Assembly: GCA_036785375.1 (NCBI GenBank)
Contig: JAWMAR010000054.1
Location: 9,796,001-9,860,000, forward strand
Direction: 5' to 3'
Length of the DNA: 64,000 nt
Origin: Leucoraja ocellata
Lineage: Eukaryota
Shown here: positions 50,154 through 62,685 of the stretch, piece by piece
Numbering within the stretch: position 1 is the first letter of the stretch
Layout of the letters: each line of letters opens with the position of its first letter
Notes under the pieces: generated by a model
Database searches by the model: none
Told to the model about the DNA's origin: nothing
What the model saw: the letters and a program-made list of their open reading frames with translations, nothing else
Program-made: the position numbers and the translations under genes

Positions 50154-50749
50154 CCCCCGTTGAATCTTCTCTGTATGCTATTCAAGCTTCAGCCCCAAAT
50201 AAAATTAATTAGGCACTAATATCTCTGTAAATTCCAGCAAAGATTCAAACGTAATCAAAAACGGAGCAAAGAAAAATCTCCCATAATATCTACATTCCTT
50301 TCTTTAAGGAGTGGTTTCATTTTTAATTAATTAAATGTTTAGTGAAGAATGAATGGAATTGACCAAATCCCAATAAAAGATAATCATATGGTAAATATGA
50401 TTTTGTACCACAGAATCACCTCTTCATAAATCCAGAGCAAATGATTGTTGGGATAACATCTTGTTTCTAAATACCACAGAAATCCACCAAAACCATATAT
50501 TCAAATTCTTACATGTTCCTTTTCTTGAAATAAAACGGTCAGAGCAAATGCACACCATTCATAAACCAAATCAAAAATTTCTGGAGAAACTCAGCAGATC
50601 AGGCAGCATCTGTGAAGGGGGAATAGACAGATGATGTTTCGGGAGAGGACCATTCTTCGGGAAGTTCAGTCTTAAGATAGGTCCTGACCCGAAATGACAT
50701 TTGTCTCTGTTTCTCTTCACAGATGCTGCCTGCCCCAACAGGTACCTCC

Positions 50750-51195
50750 GCTCAGTCCGCAATAACCTACCTGAACTCCCGGTGGCTCAGCACTTCAACT
50801 CCCACTCCCATTCCCAATCCGACCTCTCTGTCCTGGGTCTCCTCCATTGCCAGAGTGAGCAACACCGGAAATTGGAGGAACAGCACTTCATATTCCGCCT
50901 GGGTTGCTTGCGTCCGGATGGCATGAATGTTGAATTCTCCCAGTTTTGCTAGCCCTTGCTGTCTCCTCCCCTTCCTTAACCCTCGAGCTGTCTCCTCCCA
51001 TCCCCCCGCCCTCAGGCTCCTCCTCCTCCCTTTTTCCTTCCTTCTCCCCCCCACCCCCCATCAGTCTGAAGAAGGGTTTTGTCCCAAAATGTCGCCTGTT
51101 TCCTTCGCTCCAGAGATGCTGCTGCACCCGCTGAGTTTCTCCAGCAATTTTGTGTACCTTTGATCTTCCAGCATCTGCAGTTCCTTCTTGAACAG
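50750..51195 (+). mobile_element. Penelope-like element 3' part (GIY-YIG C-terminus plus pLTR)
   Basis: LRSVRNNLPELPVAQHFNSHSH..LSVLGL..RKLEEQHFIFRLG..PDGMNVEF; 13-bp duplication AACAGGTACCTCC. Confidence 0.85.
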
Positions 51196-52099
51196 GTACC
51201 TCCAGAAGATTGTTTTTAAAAAAAAATCAGGATTCCAGCCTCTGCAGTCTCTTGGCTCCATTTAAAATCAAATCCATGATGAACCCTCAACCAGAACCAG
51301 GGAAGACACTCTTCCAAAAAAAGCTACTGAAACTTTGCTGTACTTTGGAATAACTCAGCGGGTCAGACAGCATCTCTGGGGAAAAGGAATAGGTGACATT
51401 TAGGGCCGAGGCCCTTCTTCGTACCTCCACCCGAACCTGTTTTTGTTCGGTCATTTAACTTCTTTCCCGTCTCTTGCACAATCTTTCCTCACACGTGGAG
51501 TCATTGCTGCAGGTCCTGTTCATCCTGTTTGTCCACAACACCTCTCACTTACAAAAAGCGTTGCTTTCAAATCTCTCCATAGCCTGGCTTGGCCCTCCCA
51601 CTCAACTCCTGCAGTCAATAACCCTCTCAGACGATTGCACTCCTCTAATCCAACCTTTTTATGTGTCCAGATTGTGTTTATAAATCATCCCAGCTCTGGA
51701 GTTAGTTCTCTCTGGAGTTTTTAAGCTCCTGGATGTTTTCCTCTTTCAAGAATCCCCAATCAAACCTGATGACTCTTGCACGAACATCTTTGGAAACACA
51801 TTGAGTTTTTATTCTTGTGAAGGACTGCGGTCAGCATGCTGTTGCTAGGACAAAGGTCAGACTCAAGAACAGCAAGGTCATGCAGATTTGGGCGCCATTG
51901 GGTTGAGCACAAGAAACAGGAAGGAAATTCAACCAAGATGTGGATGTTAAATCTGGGCAACTTGCAGAAAGGGGATCCAGGATAATAGCAGTGGGGTTTC
52001 TAAATGGTGTGTAGCTGGAAAAGGGAGAATCGGTGCAGGAGTGGAACAGTTCAATCATGATGCAGCTATGATGGTATTTTTAAAGGAGACAGATGTCAG

Positions 52100-52455
52100 C
52101 ATTCTTCGACCGCCGGCCTGCGGCTTACACCAACCTGAAGCCGCGCACGGTCTCCGGTGGGGAAACACCGATTCTGGACTTACATGGACCTTTACCTTGT
52201 CTACACATCTGGACGCCCGCAGCGGCAGCTGTGGAGGGTTGAGGTCCCGACCACGGGGGGGAAATGGAGGAGGACTGGCCAAATTTTGTGCCTTCCACCA
52301 CAGTGATGAATGCTGTGGTGGATGTTTGTGTTCAATTCTTATTGTGTTTTTGTGTGTTCTTTTTTCATTGTAATGCTGCTGGCAAATTCATTTCACTTGC
52401 ACTTTATGTGCAGTGTGGCGAATAAAACTGATATTGATTGATTGATTGATTGATA
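52100..52455 (+). mobile_element. GC-rich retroposon, hairpin family
   Basis: Stem-loop at 52294-52322; CATTTCACTTGCAC...AATAAA(ATTG)n tail. Confidence 0.62.
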
Positions 52456-52579
52456 TTGACAGAAGAAATGGAGGATCTTGATCTCTGGTGACATGTCGAG
52501 GTCTCCAGCAATTTGGTTTGTGTGCAGATAATAGTAAGATGGATCAGTTTTGATCACCCTGCTATGAGAAATAGCAGGG

Positions 52580-53075
52580 TGCCATTAGACTGTGTAAAAG
52601 TGCAGCGAAGGTTTACAAGGATGTTGCCGGGACACTAAGGCTGAGCTGCAGAGAAAGACTGGGCAGGTTCGGAGTTTGTTCCTTGAGTACAGGAGGCAGG
52701 GAGGTGACTTTATGGAGATGTACAAAATGATGAGGGGATAGGTAGGGTGAATGAACGCACACAGTCTTTTTCCAGGTTAAGGAAATCAAGAACTAAAGGG
52801 TATATGTTTAAGGCGGGAGGGAAAAGAATTAATAGGAACCCGAGGAGCAACTTTTTCTACACAGAAGAGGGTGGGCAGATGGAACAAGCAGGCAGATGAA
52901 ATAGTTGAGGCAGGTCCAATAAGACATTTAAAGGACATTTGGACAGTCAAGATTGGAAAGGTTTAATGCAATATGGGCCCAACATGGACAAATGGGACTA
53001 GGGTTGATGGGCATCTTGGTCGGCATGGATGAGTTGCTCAAGGGCTCAATTCTGTGATGTTTGACTCAATGACTC
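52580..53075 (+). mobile_element. Old CR1 3' end (similar remnant at about 45825-46170)
   Basis: VQRRFTRMLPG..; decayed CR1 UTR. Confidence 0.72.
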
Positions 53076-53084
53076 CAAGAAATG

Positions 53085-53480
53085 CAGACTCCGAGCCGGA
53101 GACTAAGGAAAGTTGTACAGGGTCTTGGTTTCTATGTTTCTAAAGCAGGTCTCCCCGCTGCCCATCTAGCAACCTTCTACAGGGGCACAATTGAAATCAT
53201 AATAACCTACGGCATCACTTCCTGGTTCGGGAGCTGCAAGGCGTACGGACAATATCAACTAAACAGGACAGTGAAGACAGCCAGCAGGATTATTGGTGCC
53301 CCTTGCTGGAGATATACAAGAAGCGGAGCATCAGTAGAGCCATCTCCATCATCCAGGACCCCTACCAACCCTTCACACCACATCTTTTCCATTCTGCCAT
53401 CTGGGAAGAGATCCTGCAACACCAGCAGGATGCCCCACAGCTTCTTCCCACAGGCAATAAGACTGATTAACGGACTTTGT
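53085..53480 (+). mobile_element. Degenerate Rex1/Babar 3' end
   Basis: LATFYRGTIE..ITYGITSWFGSC; HSFFPQAIRLIN. Confidence 0.75.
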
Positions 53481-54627
53481 CCCCTCCCAAAACATCGCTC
53501 ACCAACGCATCCAACCCCCTGCCCATACTTTGACAGTTAGGCACCTGTCAAAGTAAAGCCACTGTCGATCGGAATGTCAGTGTTTTAATTATATTGGTAA
53601 TTTTTAGACCTACTTTCTTTTTAACATGGTCATTTTAATTTGTTTTTAAAGCTCTATGTATCATCCTTTTTTTTTCTTCTTTTTTTTATTTATACACTGA
53701 ATGAAAACTGATCAGGGGAGGGTTTGGCTATTTGGTGAAAAGGGAAAACAGAAACAGCTGATTAGATAGTCTCAAGATTGGTGACAATGATAACTCTTTG
53801 TTAGATCTGAAGGGGTAAAAACAAGGCAGGGTAGGCAAATGTATAGAGGTGGTATATTGTGATGAAATGAGCCACGCAATCCCTCCATTCTCCAGGGATG
53901 AGCCCGGTTTATAGAGATATTATTATCAGAAAATATCCCAATAGAAATTCTGAAGAAAAATCACCGAGCTGCAATATTCTCGTCCACAGATCTGTTGAAT
54001 ATTTCGACCACATCTGGTGAGGGATGGATAAATGGGTTGCATGCCATTTACGTACAAATCCGAGGTTCTTAATGGTATTGAGGTGGTGGCATGCGATGGG
54101 AGAGACGATTCTGAATGGTTACAATATGGACTTTTACAATATCCGCATGTTAATTTCCATATTCAACTATTCAGCAATCAAGTGGATCTTAAGAGCAATT
54201 AGCAGGCACTGCCAAATTAAGTTTTTATATTGCATCAAAAATTACACCTACTGAATGAACTATATATGAAAATCAATCAACTAATTGATTTCCCAAACAT
54301 TTAATTTCTATTTGCATATTAAAACAATGTCATATTGATCAGACAATTAAAATGTGGATTAATTGTAACACCTGCTGTTTCAATGCTTCCTCTCTCCCCA
54401 GATGAGTCTCATTGCCCTGCCTTCAGTTCCGGCTAACAATCCCGAATCCTAAACCCATTACTTGTCACTTACCAATGATTATTTAATCGTTCCAGCATGT
54501 TATGTTTTTATTGAATGTGTTAAATACCCAAGCTACCTTTTACGTAACAAATTGCATTAGCTGGAGATCAAATTACGATTTGACCCACTGGCCAGATATT
54601 CCAACTTTATTCCTTACGTTGCCGATG

Positions 54628-54912
54628 CCACATAGTTTAAGAATAAGGGGTAAGGCATTTAGAACGGAGACGAGGAAACACTTTTTCTCACAGAGAGTGG
54701 TGAGTCTGTGGAGTTCTCTGCTTCAGAGGGCGGTGGAGGCAGGTTCTCTGGATGCTTTCAAGAGAGAGCTAGATAGGGCTCTTAAAAATAGCGGAGTCAG
54801 GGGATATGGGGAGAAGGCAGGAATGGGGTACTGATTGGGGATGATCAGCCATGATCACATTGACTCGAAGGGCCGAATGGCCTACTCCTGCACCTATTGT
54901 CTATTGTCTATT
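54628..54912 (+). mobile_element. CR1 subfamily B 3' end
   Basis: HSLRIRGKAFRTETRKHFFSQRVV; tail. Confidence 0.9.
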
Positions 54913-55896
54913 TTCATTTACAAAACTGCAAATTTACAGGCTCCGATTCCTGAATACAAATACAAGCAAAGTAAATGATTGCGGTTTTAGCTAAAGATAT
55001 TCTTTTAACAATGTGTGAATAGTCACCAATAATGCTGGAACTTTATACTGGGAGAACCGCAAAATCAAACTGAGAAATGAATGCAGTTGATACAAGGCAG
55101 AAGTGAAAAATTAAATGCATTCCACAAGAGTGACACAAGACATTTTTAGGAATAGAGCACACATCAAAAAGGCAGAAATGCAAGTCATTTACGTTCAAAA
55201 TCTGCAGGAAATGGAACAAATTAAATAGTATGCTTAGCATTCCACGGAATACCTTAAAATGTCTGCAATGAAAGTTTTAACTAATTTGCAGCCGTGGATT
55301 AGAACACCACTTCTTGAATAAACACACGTGAAAAGTTCACGACTATTGTACGCAAACAGTATTCTTCAACCAGACCAGCTTGACACAAAACGCCAAAAGA
55401 ATCTAATTGTGGAATGCATACTTTGGAACTCTCTTTAGTGCCATTACCAACAAATGCTACGCTAAAAACTGAAAATAATCTGATGCAAAGTTGAAATATC
55501 TTCAACAACAGAACATTAATATTTTTATTCAGACGGTCGGTCGAGGCTATATTTTGGAATTGAGCTTGGGGACATTTGCAACATGTGCAACAAACTGCAA
55601 CCTCGCATATCATTTGATCACTGTTAAAGATGTTCACTGTGAAAGCGGGACATGTTTGCTGTGAACAAGAACAGCAGCGAATAAACAGTAGATTCAGAAT
55701 TAAACCCAAATCCCTGCTGCTAATAATACATCACACTGAGAGATATCATCGGCAATGGTCGTGAGAAATGAGGCATATGTCCGGTATAAGCATCTGGGGC
55801 CAAGTAGGAGTATCGAGTGTAGAGAGTACACTTAATAGAAAAATCAGGAGGACAAAAGTGGGATATGGGATAGCTTTGTCAGGTGGGGTAAAGGGA

Positions 55897-56421
55897 TATA
55901 GACAATAGGTGCAGGAGTAGGCCATTCGCCCCTTCGAGCCAGCACCACCATTCAATGTGATCATGGCTGATCATCCCCAATCAGTACCCCGTTCCTGCCT
56001 TCTCCCCATATCCCCTGACTGCGCTATTTTTAAGAGCCCTATCTAGCTCTCTCTTGAAAGCATCCAGAGAACCGGCCTCCACCGCCCTCTGAGGCAGAGA
56101 ATTCCACAGACTCACCACTCTCGGTGAGAAAAAGTGTTTCCTCGTCTCCATTCTAAATGGCTTACTCCTTATTCTTAAACTGTGGCACCTGGTTCTGGAC
56201 TCCCCCAACATCGGGAACATGTTTCCTGCCTCTAGCGTGTCCAAGCCCTTAACAATCTTATATGTTTCATTGAGATTCCCTCTCATCCTTCTAAACTCCA
56301 GAGTGTACAAGCCCAGCTGCTCCATTCTCTCAGCATATGACAGTCCCGCCATCCCGGGAATTAACCTTGTAAACCTATGCTGCACTCCCTCAATAGCAAG
56401 AATGTCCTTCCCCAAATTAGG
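55897..56421 (-). mobile_element. CR1 LINE subfamily B
   Basis: Frame 55981-56415; tail. Confidence 0.92.
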
Positions 56422-56424
56422 ATA

Positions 56425-57415
56425 TCCAAAGAGATTTTACAAGTATATTGAGGGCAAAAGAGTAATGAGGGAGACGCAGAAATCCTTAAAGATCAGCCAG
56501 ATTACCTATGCGTGGAGCCACTGGAGAATGGGTGAGGACCTAAATGAATATTTCTCATCTATGTTTAGCCTGGGTAAAGACATGGATGCTAGGTAACTCG
56601 GGGAAGTTAATAGTGATGTCTTCAACACAATCCATGTTGCAGCTAGAGTCTTAAAACACAAAGGTAGATAAATCCTTTGGACATTGTATGAAACAATTGC
56701 AGGACCCAGGCTGTTCACAGCAATCATGTCATACTTAAATTATGATTATATCAATTATGAATATATTAGTTAAAGTATGGTATCATGGGTAAAGAGAATG
56801 ATCAATGTAGGTTTTGGTCTTCATTGGGTCAGGGTATTGAGTGTAGAAGTTGGGACTTTATAGACAATTATTCACTTTGTAGTTGTATAGACATTGGTGA
56901 GGCCACACTTGGTACAGTATTCCGTTTTGGGCACCCTGCTGGAGGAAAGATGTTATTAAGCTGGAAAGAGTGCAGAAAAGACCTACGAGGATGTTGCCAA
57001 GACTTGAGAAGCTGAGCTATAGGGAGAGGCTGGGCAGACTAGGAATGTATTCATTGGAGTGCAATTGGCTGAGGGTGATCTTATAGAGGTCTATAATATC
57101 ACAAGGGAATAGATGGGGTTAATGCACAGAGTATTTCACCCAGGGTAGAGGAATCAAAAACAAGAGGACATATGCTTAAGGTGAGAGGACCAAGATTTTA
57201 TATAAATCTAAGGGGCAACTTTTTCACTCAAAGGGTGGTGGAACCAGTTGGCAGAGTAGGTAGATCTATAACAGCATTTAAAAGACACTTGGACAGGTAT
57301 ATGGATAAGAAAGGTTTACAAGGATATGGGCCAAATGCAGGCAGATGCAACTATCTTACAAGAGGCATCTTAGTTGGCAAGGCCTGGTTGAGCCAAAGGG
57401 CTTGGTCCATGTTAT
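56425..57415 (+). mobile_element. Old, internally deleted CR1
   Basis: PKRFYKYIEGKR, LNEYFSS, NLRGNFFTQRVV. Confidence 0.72.
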
Positions 57416-57617
57416 AAAACTCAATCTGCCACACTGGATGATGATATCCTTGTTATTTGCCATTAAAGAAACTGTACAGTTCTATGAACTAATTAAGTCC
57501 AAATCTTTCATTTATTGCTGTAAATAAGATAATGGAGCAATTAGTGACAATACTTTGGCTACATAAAATAGGTCAGCATTACAAAACACAAATTGACATC
57601 AAATTGCGAATGGTATC

Positions 57618-57845
57618 GTAGCGCCAGAGACCCAGGTTCAATCCCGACTACAGGTGTTTGTCTGTACGGAGTTTGCACGTTCTCCCCATGACCAAGTGGG
57701 TTTTCTCCGAGATCTTCGGTTTCCTCCCACACTCCAAAGACATAAAGGTTTGTAAGTTAATTGGCTTGGTGTAAATGTAAAATTGTCCCTAGTGTGTATA
57801 GGGCAGTGTTAATGTGTTGGGATCGCTGGTCGGCACGGACTCGAA
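57618..57845 (+). mobile_element. V-SINE (HE1-like), truncated
   Basis: GGTTCAATCC B-box; GGAGTTTGCACGTTCTCCCC V-domain. Confidence 0.82.
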
Positions 57846-58317
57846 GTCTCAACTTTGCACCAGAATAGAGTTTCTACAGATAATATTTGGAATTCCTGCT
57901 TTTGGAACGAGCTAAAGTTGATGATATATTACGGAGATATATTAAGGAGCTTCAAGATTATGAAAGATTACAACTGCAAAAATAGTAATAATTTCATTCC
58001 TTTGGTCGTCAGGAAGAAGCCACATTGAAAATAATCTCAAATAATTCAAGCAGAGAGTTGGGTCAACATTTTCCTTCAAATACCAGTATTAAAAAGGAAA
58101 TTAGATGATGGTTTCAAGAAGAGAAATATGAAAAGAGTATTCAAGAACAAGCAAGGATACAGGATGGAAGTAGAGGACGAGACCACATAAATGTGGACCT
58201 ACCTGATGGATTATATGCCTTTTTCTGTGTTACATTTGCTGTGACCTACTCTACAATACAACTTTGAAGATGGTACCAATACACAAGCAAGTTCTGCAGT
58301 CTATAACTGGTGTAAAA

Positions 58318-58650
58318 AAGGTACAAACTGCTGGAGTAACTCAGCGGGTCAAGCAGCATCTCTGGAGAGCGATGTTTCAGGCTGGTACCTTCTTCTGAAG
58401 AGCCCTGGCCCCATGGTCACCTATCCATGTTCTACACAGATGCTGCCTGACCCGCTGAGTTACTCCAGCACTGTGAAACGTCACCTATCCATGTTCTCCA
58501 CAGATGCTGCCTGACCCGCTGAGTTACTCCAGCACTCTGTGAAACGTCACCTATCCATGTTCTACACAGATGCTATCTGACCCGCTGAGTTACTCCAGCA
58601 CCTTGTGTCTTTATTTGTAAACCAGCATCTGCAGTTCCACGTGTCTATGA
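58318..58650. repeat. PLE-derived palindrome with three 64-66-bp tandem units (58416-58601)
   Basis: Unit GTCACCTATCCATGTTCT...GAGTTACTCCAGCACTGTGAAAC. Confidence 0.85.
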
Positions 58651-58774
58651 CTGGATACCTAGTTAAATGTAAGCAGTGAGAATTATGCAACTTTTAACAC
58701 AGGATATGATAGCAATTAAAGTACCAATTTTGACAGATGCTGCTGAGAATCCATAGTCTTTAACAGTAGTCTAA

Positions 58775-59458
58775 AGGGCCTGTCCCACTTACGTGTCCTT
58801 GGCATGCAAATTACGTGATCTCGTGGTCGGGTTGAGGTGCACGGGCATCGTATGGCCGCGCGGGGCCGGTCCCACTGAGAAGCGCGGAGGGGTATGTAGT
58901 TGTGCGCGACATCGCGCCGGGCTCCGAAATTTTTGTAGCGAACGAAATCTTCGCGCGCCAACGGCCTGTCGCGGAACTGACGGCCAAAGTGGGACAGGCC
59001 CAAGACCCTGGCACGACGCAACGTCTCACCTCCAACAGCAGCAGAAGCCGGCAAACGATCGCCGAACTCGGCCTGGGGCTCACGGCCGTTGCGGTCCGGA
59101 TCCGCCCCCACTTCTACTCCCAGAGCGGGGCCAAGAAAATTGAAGATAGACACAAAATGCTGGAGTAACTCAGCGGGACCGGCAGCATCTCTGGAGAGAA
59201 GCAATGGGTGACGTTTCGGGTCAAGACCCTTCTTTTCAGACTGAAGAAGAGTCTCGACACGAAACGTCACCCATTCCTTCTCTCCAGAGATGCTGCCGGT
59301 CCCGCTGAGTTACTCCAGCTTTGTGTCCATCTTCAAATGATGTCACGCGCTCCAGACGGCCGTGCGGGTGCATGAAGTCGCGCGGGACCGTCACGCCTCA
59401 ACGCGACCACGAGGTTGTGTAATTAGCGTGCCAAGGACACGTAAGTGGGACAGGCCCT
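58775..59458. mobile_element. PIF/Harbinger-like MITE containing a PLE palindrome (59140-59336)
   Basis: TIRs as at 45096; flanks TAA/TTA. Confidence 0.85.
59241..59268 (+). ncRNA. Hammerhead-like motif inside the MITE
   Basis: CTGAAGA-AGAGTCTCGACAC-GAAA-CGTC, with one mismatch in helix II. Confidence 0.45.
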
Positions 59459-60676
59459 TTAGATTCCATTTCATAAAAGACGGTGCACTCATTTAACTGA
59501 ATACCAATCCCAGCAAAACAAGTGTGCATGATTAAAATCTCAATGGCAATAATTTGTATTTATTTGCCAATTGTACACCAGCTAAACCTTCCACGACACA
59601 ACTGAACACAATTAATGCAGTAGGGCAGGGAACAAAAGGTTTAATCTAAGAGGGGGCATTTTAAGAAGCATCCAGGAAAAGTTAGAATGAGATATAAGGG
59701 GGCGGTGGAAATTCCAGAGCCAAGAGGCTTGTTGGCCAAAGTGCTTCACATTTGTTATAGATAATCAAGAATCTTGAAACAGAGCTGTGTGTAAATGTCA
59801 GGAGTTGTACAGCCTGAACAGCAAGGCCATGGGGGAAATGCAGTAATCTAAATAGAAACACTCTTTAACTGGGGGAGTTAATTCTTATCCGTACGTACTG
59901 TGGTGATGGGCAATGCGTGGTAGGCAATGCGTTTTCAATTACATCAAATATACAGAACACAAGGCAGGATTACCAGGAACCAAGCACAGATCCTGGCAGT
60001 GCCATAAGAGTTTCTTTCATCACCAAGCTGCCAGCCTAATCTTTTCTTTCTGAATACCTTGCAACCAAGAATAATATGTTCCCACACCTCACATCAGTTC
60101 TCGTGTTGCTGCCACCATAATGCTATCCCATGTGGGATATTTTGACTCTAATTGACAAATTTAATTACATGCTATATGCATTTTCACACATGCCTTCCCA
60201 GGCCTTCTTACAAAAGGACAAACAGGTTTTCTCTCCCAGCCTCTAATTGTGTTGTAATATTGTGTATAATAAAGTGTTCTCAGCAGCTGCACACTACATT
60301 TGGACTTATGAATGTAGTAAATATCTATCTTTTATCGTCTTTCTTGTTTCTATTCCATCCAATTATCGATGTTTCACCCGTTTGATGCTCTCAAACCCAA
60401 CACCAAGCAACCTTCACATGTGGCCACGATAGCCCCTGCATTCCTCACGACAATCCCAAACAGACAAGTCTTTATCTTCTCTCTTCAGAGCTCTGTCGAT
60501 CAACTTCCTCTTGTTTGTCCAACAGATTGGTGTCAACAATTCAGATCATTATTCATCTTTCCCTTTCCTAATTGCACATTTTTTCAAAACGATTGTTTGC
60601 TTTCCAGGTTAAACTTCAAAAAAAACTTTTGAATGGCATCCTTTCATTGCCCCATGAACACTCTCATCTATAACTA

Positions 60677-61304
60677 TCTATCTACCTATATACTATTAAA
60701 ACTGTGTGTGTGTGTGTGGGTGTATGTCATATATTTGGCCTTTGATTCGTTACTCCGCCAAAACCACACGCAAACACGCAGAGGTTTTTTACCATTTCGC
60801 TAGCGATTTCACTTTTACATTCACTCATCCACCCCTCATTAAATTTAGTCATTTTTCAGTACACATTTTCAGTAAAATCCTTCCCCCCCCCCCCCCCCCC
60901 ACTCAATCATTTTTCCGCCTCCTGCTGGCCAGCGACCATAACGGCTGCTGCCGCCCGGCTCTCCTCCAAAAACGCAGACATTTTTCCCATTTCGCTAGCG
61001 ATTTTACTTCATCCATTCCCCCCCCCCCCCCCCCCGGCTCAGTCACGCTGGCTGAAGCCAAAGATCGCCTGCTCCCCCCGCTGCTTTTCACCATCCTCGC
61101 GGGCTTGCACTGCCGAAAATCCCGCGTGTCAACAACCTGTCGGCCTGCAGGCGCATTGAGGGCATACGCAGCGTCTTGATGGGCGTATGCAGCGTCTCGA
61201 CGTCGTAGCCTAGCATGTGGTGTTGCGCGATGACATCAGGCCGCCCCCTCCCCTTGCAACCGCGTGTTGTGGGAACAGACCCAACGGGTCTGCACTTGGT
61301 CTAG
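60677..61304 (+). mobile_element. Non-autonomous Helitron
   Basis: 5' A|TCTA..TATATACTATTAAAA; 3' hairpin CAGACCC-AAC-GGGTCTG then CTAG|T; no TSD. Confidence 0.78.
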
Positions 61305-61734
61305 TTAGTATTAAAAATTAGAGCCTGATTTGCAAACACCTAGAACTATTTCCTTTGTAAATTGAACAATAACTTATTGCGACTCCATCTTTGCATACTC
61401 TTTCATTTTGGAACACAAAACAAATACCAGACAAAGGTATCAAAATAGCTATTGACTATCACACACACAAAACAATCCAGTCGCAAGACCTAATGAAATA
61501 ATAATTCAGCATGAATTCTAGGAAGTTGGTTGAATCAGAAGCGCACACTGCATAATCTGTGGACAAAAATATGAAGGTCCAAACCTGACCAAAAGGCTAA
61601 AGAATTCAAGACAAAATTTTAAATGTTAGAAAAGATATTGCAATCAACAATTCTGATGGAGTTGTTCCAAAATGTTTGATTGTAGCAGCAGGCCTGTTTG
61701 TCAAGGTATTGAGGAATCGCAGGCAGTCCCTGGC

Positions 61735-61873
61735 TTAAAAATGGCAGAGTCAGGGGATATAGGGAGATAGCAGGAACGGGGTACTGATTGGGGATGATCA
61801 GCCATGATCACATTGAATGGCAGTGCTGGCTCGAAGGGCCGAATGGCCTACTCCTGCACCTATTATCTATTGT
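61735..61873 (+). mobile_element. CR1 subfamily B 3' end
   Basis: 3'UTR and tail. Confidence 0.85.
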
Positions 61874-62039
61874 TATGCAAGGGTACTGTTCCTATCCAAA
61901 AACGAATTTCTAAGTCAGTCCGAAACATCCATTTTCTATAGTAACCCATGTTGTATTGGTCGATAAACTTGCTATTATACTTTCATTTCATTAAATAATC
62001 ATGCGAACTCTGCCCATAAACAAATGAAATATATACAGT

Positions 62040-62685
62040 ATGCTATCAGTAACGAATACCTGGAAACATTCAAAAATTATTTAACGAGCGTGTGGGGGGG
62101 TTACAATTTAAGAGGAATATTTAATTTTAAGAAACAAAGAGTCGGTACGACTATAAAAACCTTTTGTATTTCGGTTTGTGGAGTAGGAGTGTGGAACAAA
62201 TTGAACGAGGAATTAAAGCAATGTACAAACATGAATCATTTTAAAATGATATATAAAAAAATAATTTTGAAGGGTTTGGACACGTGGGGGTTAATGTTTA
62301 TCTATTGCTTTACAATTGTTTACTTATGTTTGGTTACTTCATATATGAAGTTTGTATGTGTATAATAGCTGTATGTATATATATGTCTGTAGGTATTATG
62401 GGAAATTGACTGGGGTAGTATTATTATTAGTAATTAATAGATTTTTAAATATGGTAGAAGAGTTGGGGAAAAGGGGTGAGATTTAATAAGTTATTCTTCT
62501 TCTCACTCCTTTTCGAGCTTGTACAGACACAGAGTTGGACATTGGACATTTGCTTTTTGTTCTTTTCATTGCTTGTAAATATTGATTGTAATGTCCAATT
62601 GTTTGATAATTTCGATTTTGTTACTATTAATGTCTTTAATGTCTTTACTTGTTCGGAATAAATAAAATAAATAGAAAAAAATAGA
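62040..62685 (+). mobile_element. Crack/Daphne-like (CR1-group) LINE 3' end
   Basis: YNLRGIFNFKKQRVGTTIKTFCISVCGVGVWNKLNEELKQC...FK..YKK; A-rich tail. Confidence 0.68.

Noticed and set aside
58416-58601. CRISPR-like array
   Set aside because: Head-to-tail units with no unique spacers, no cas genes and a vertebrate context.
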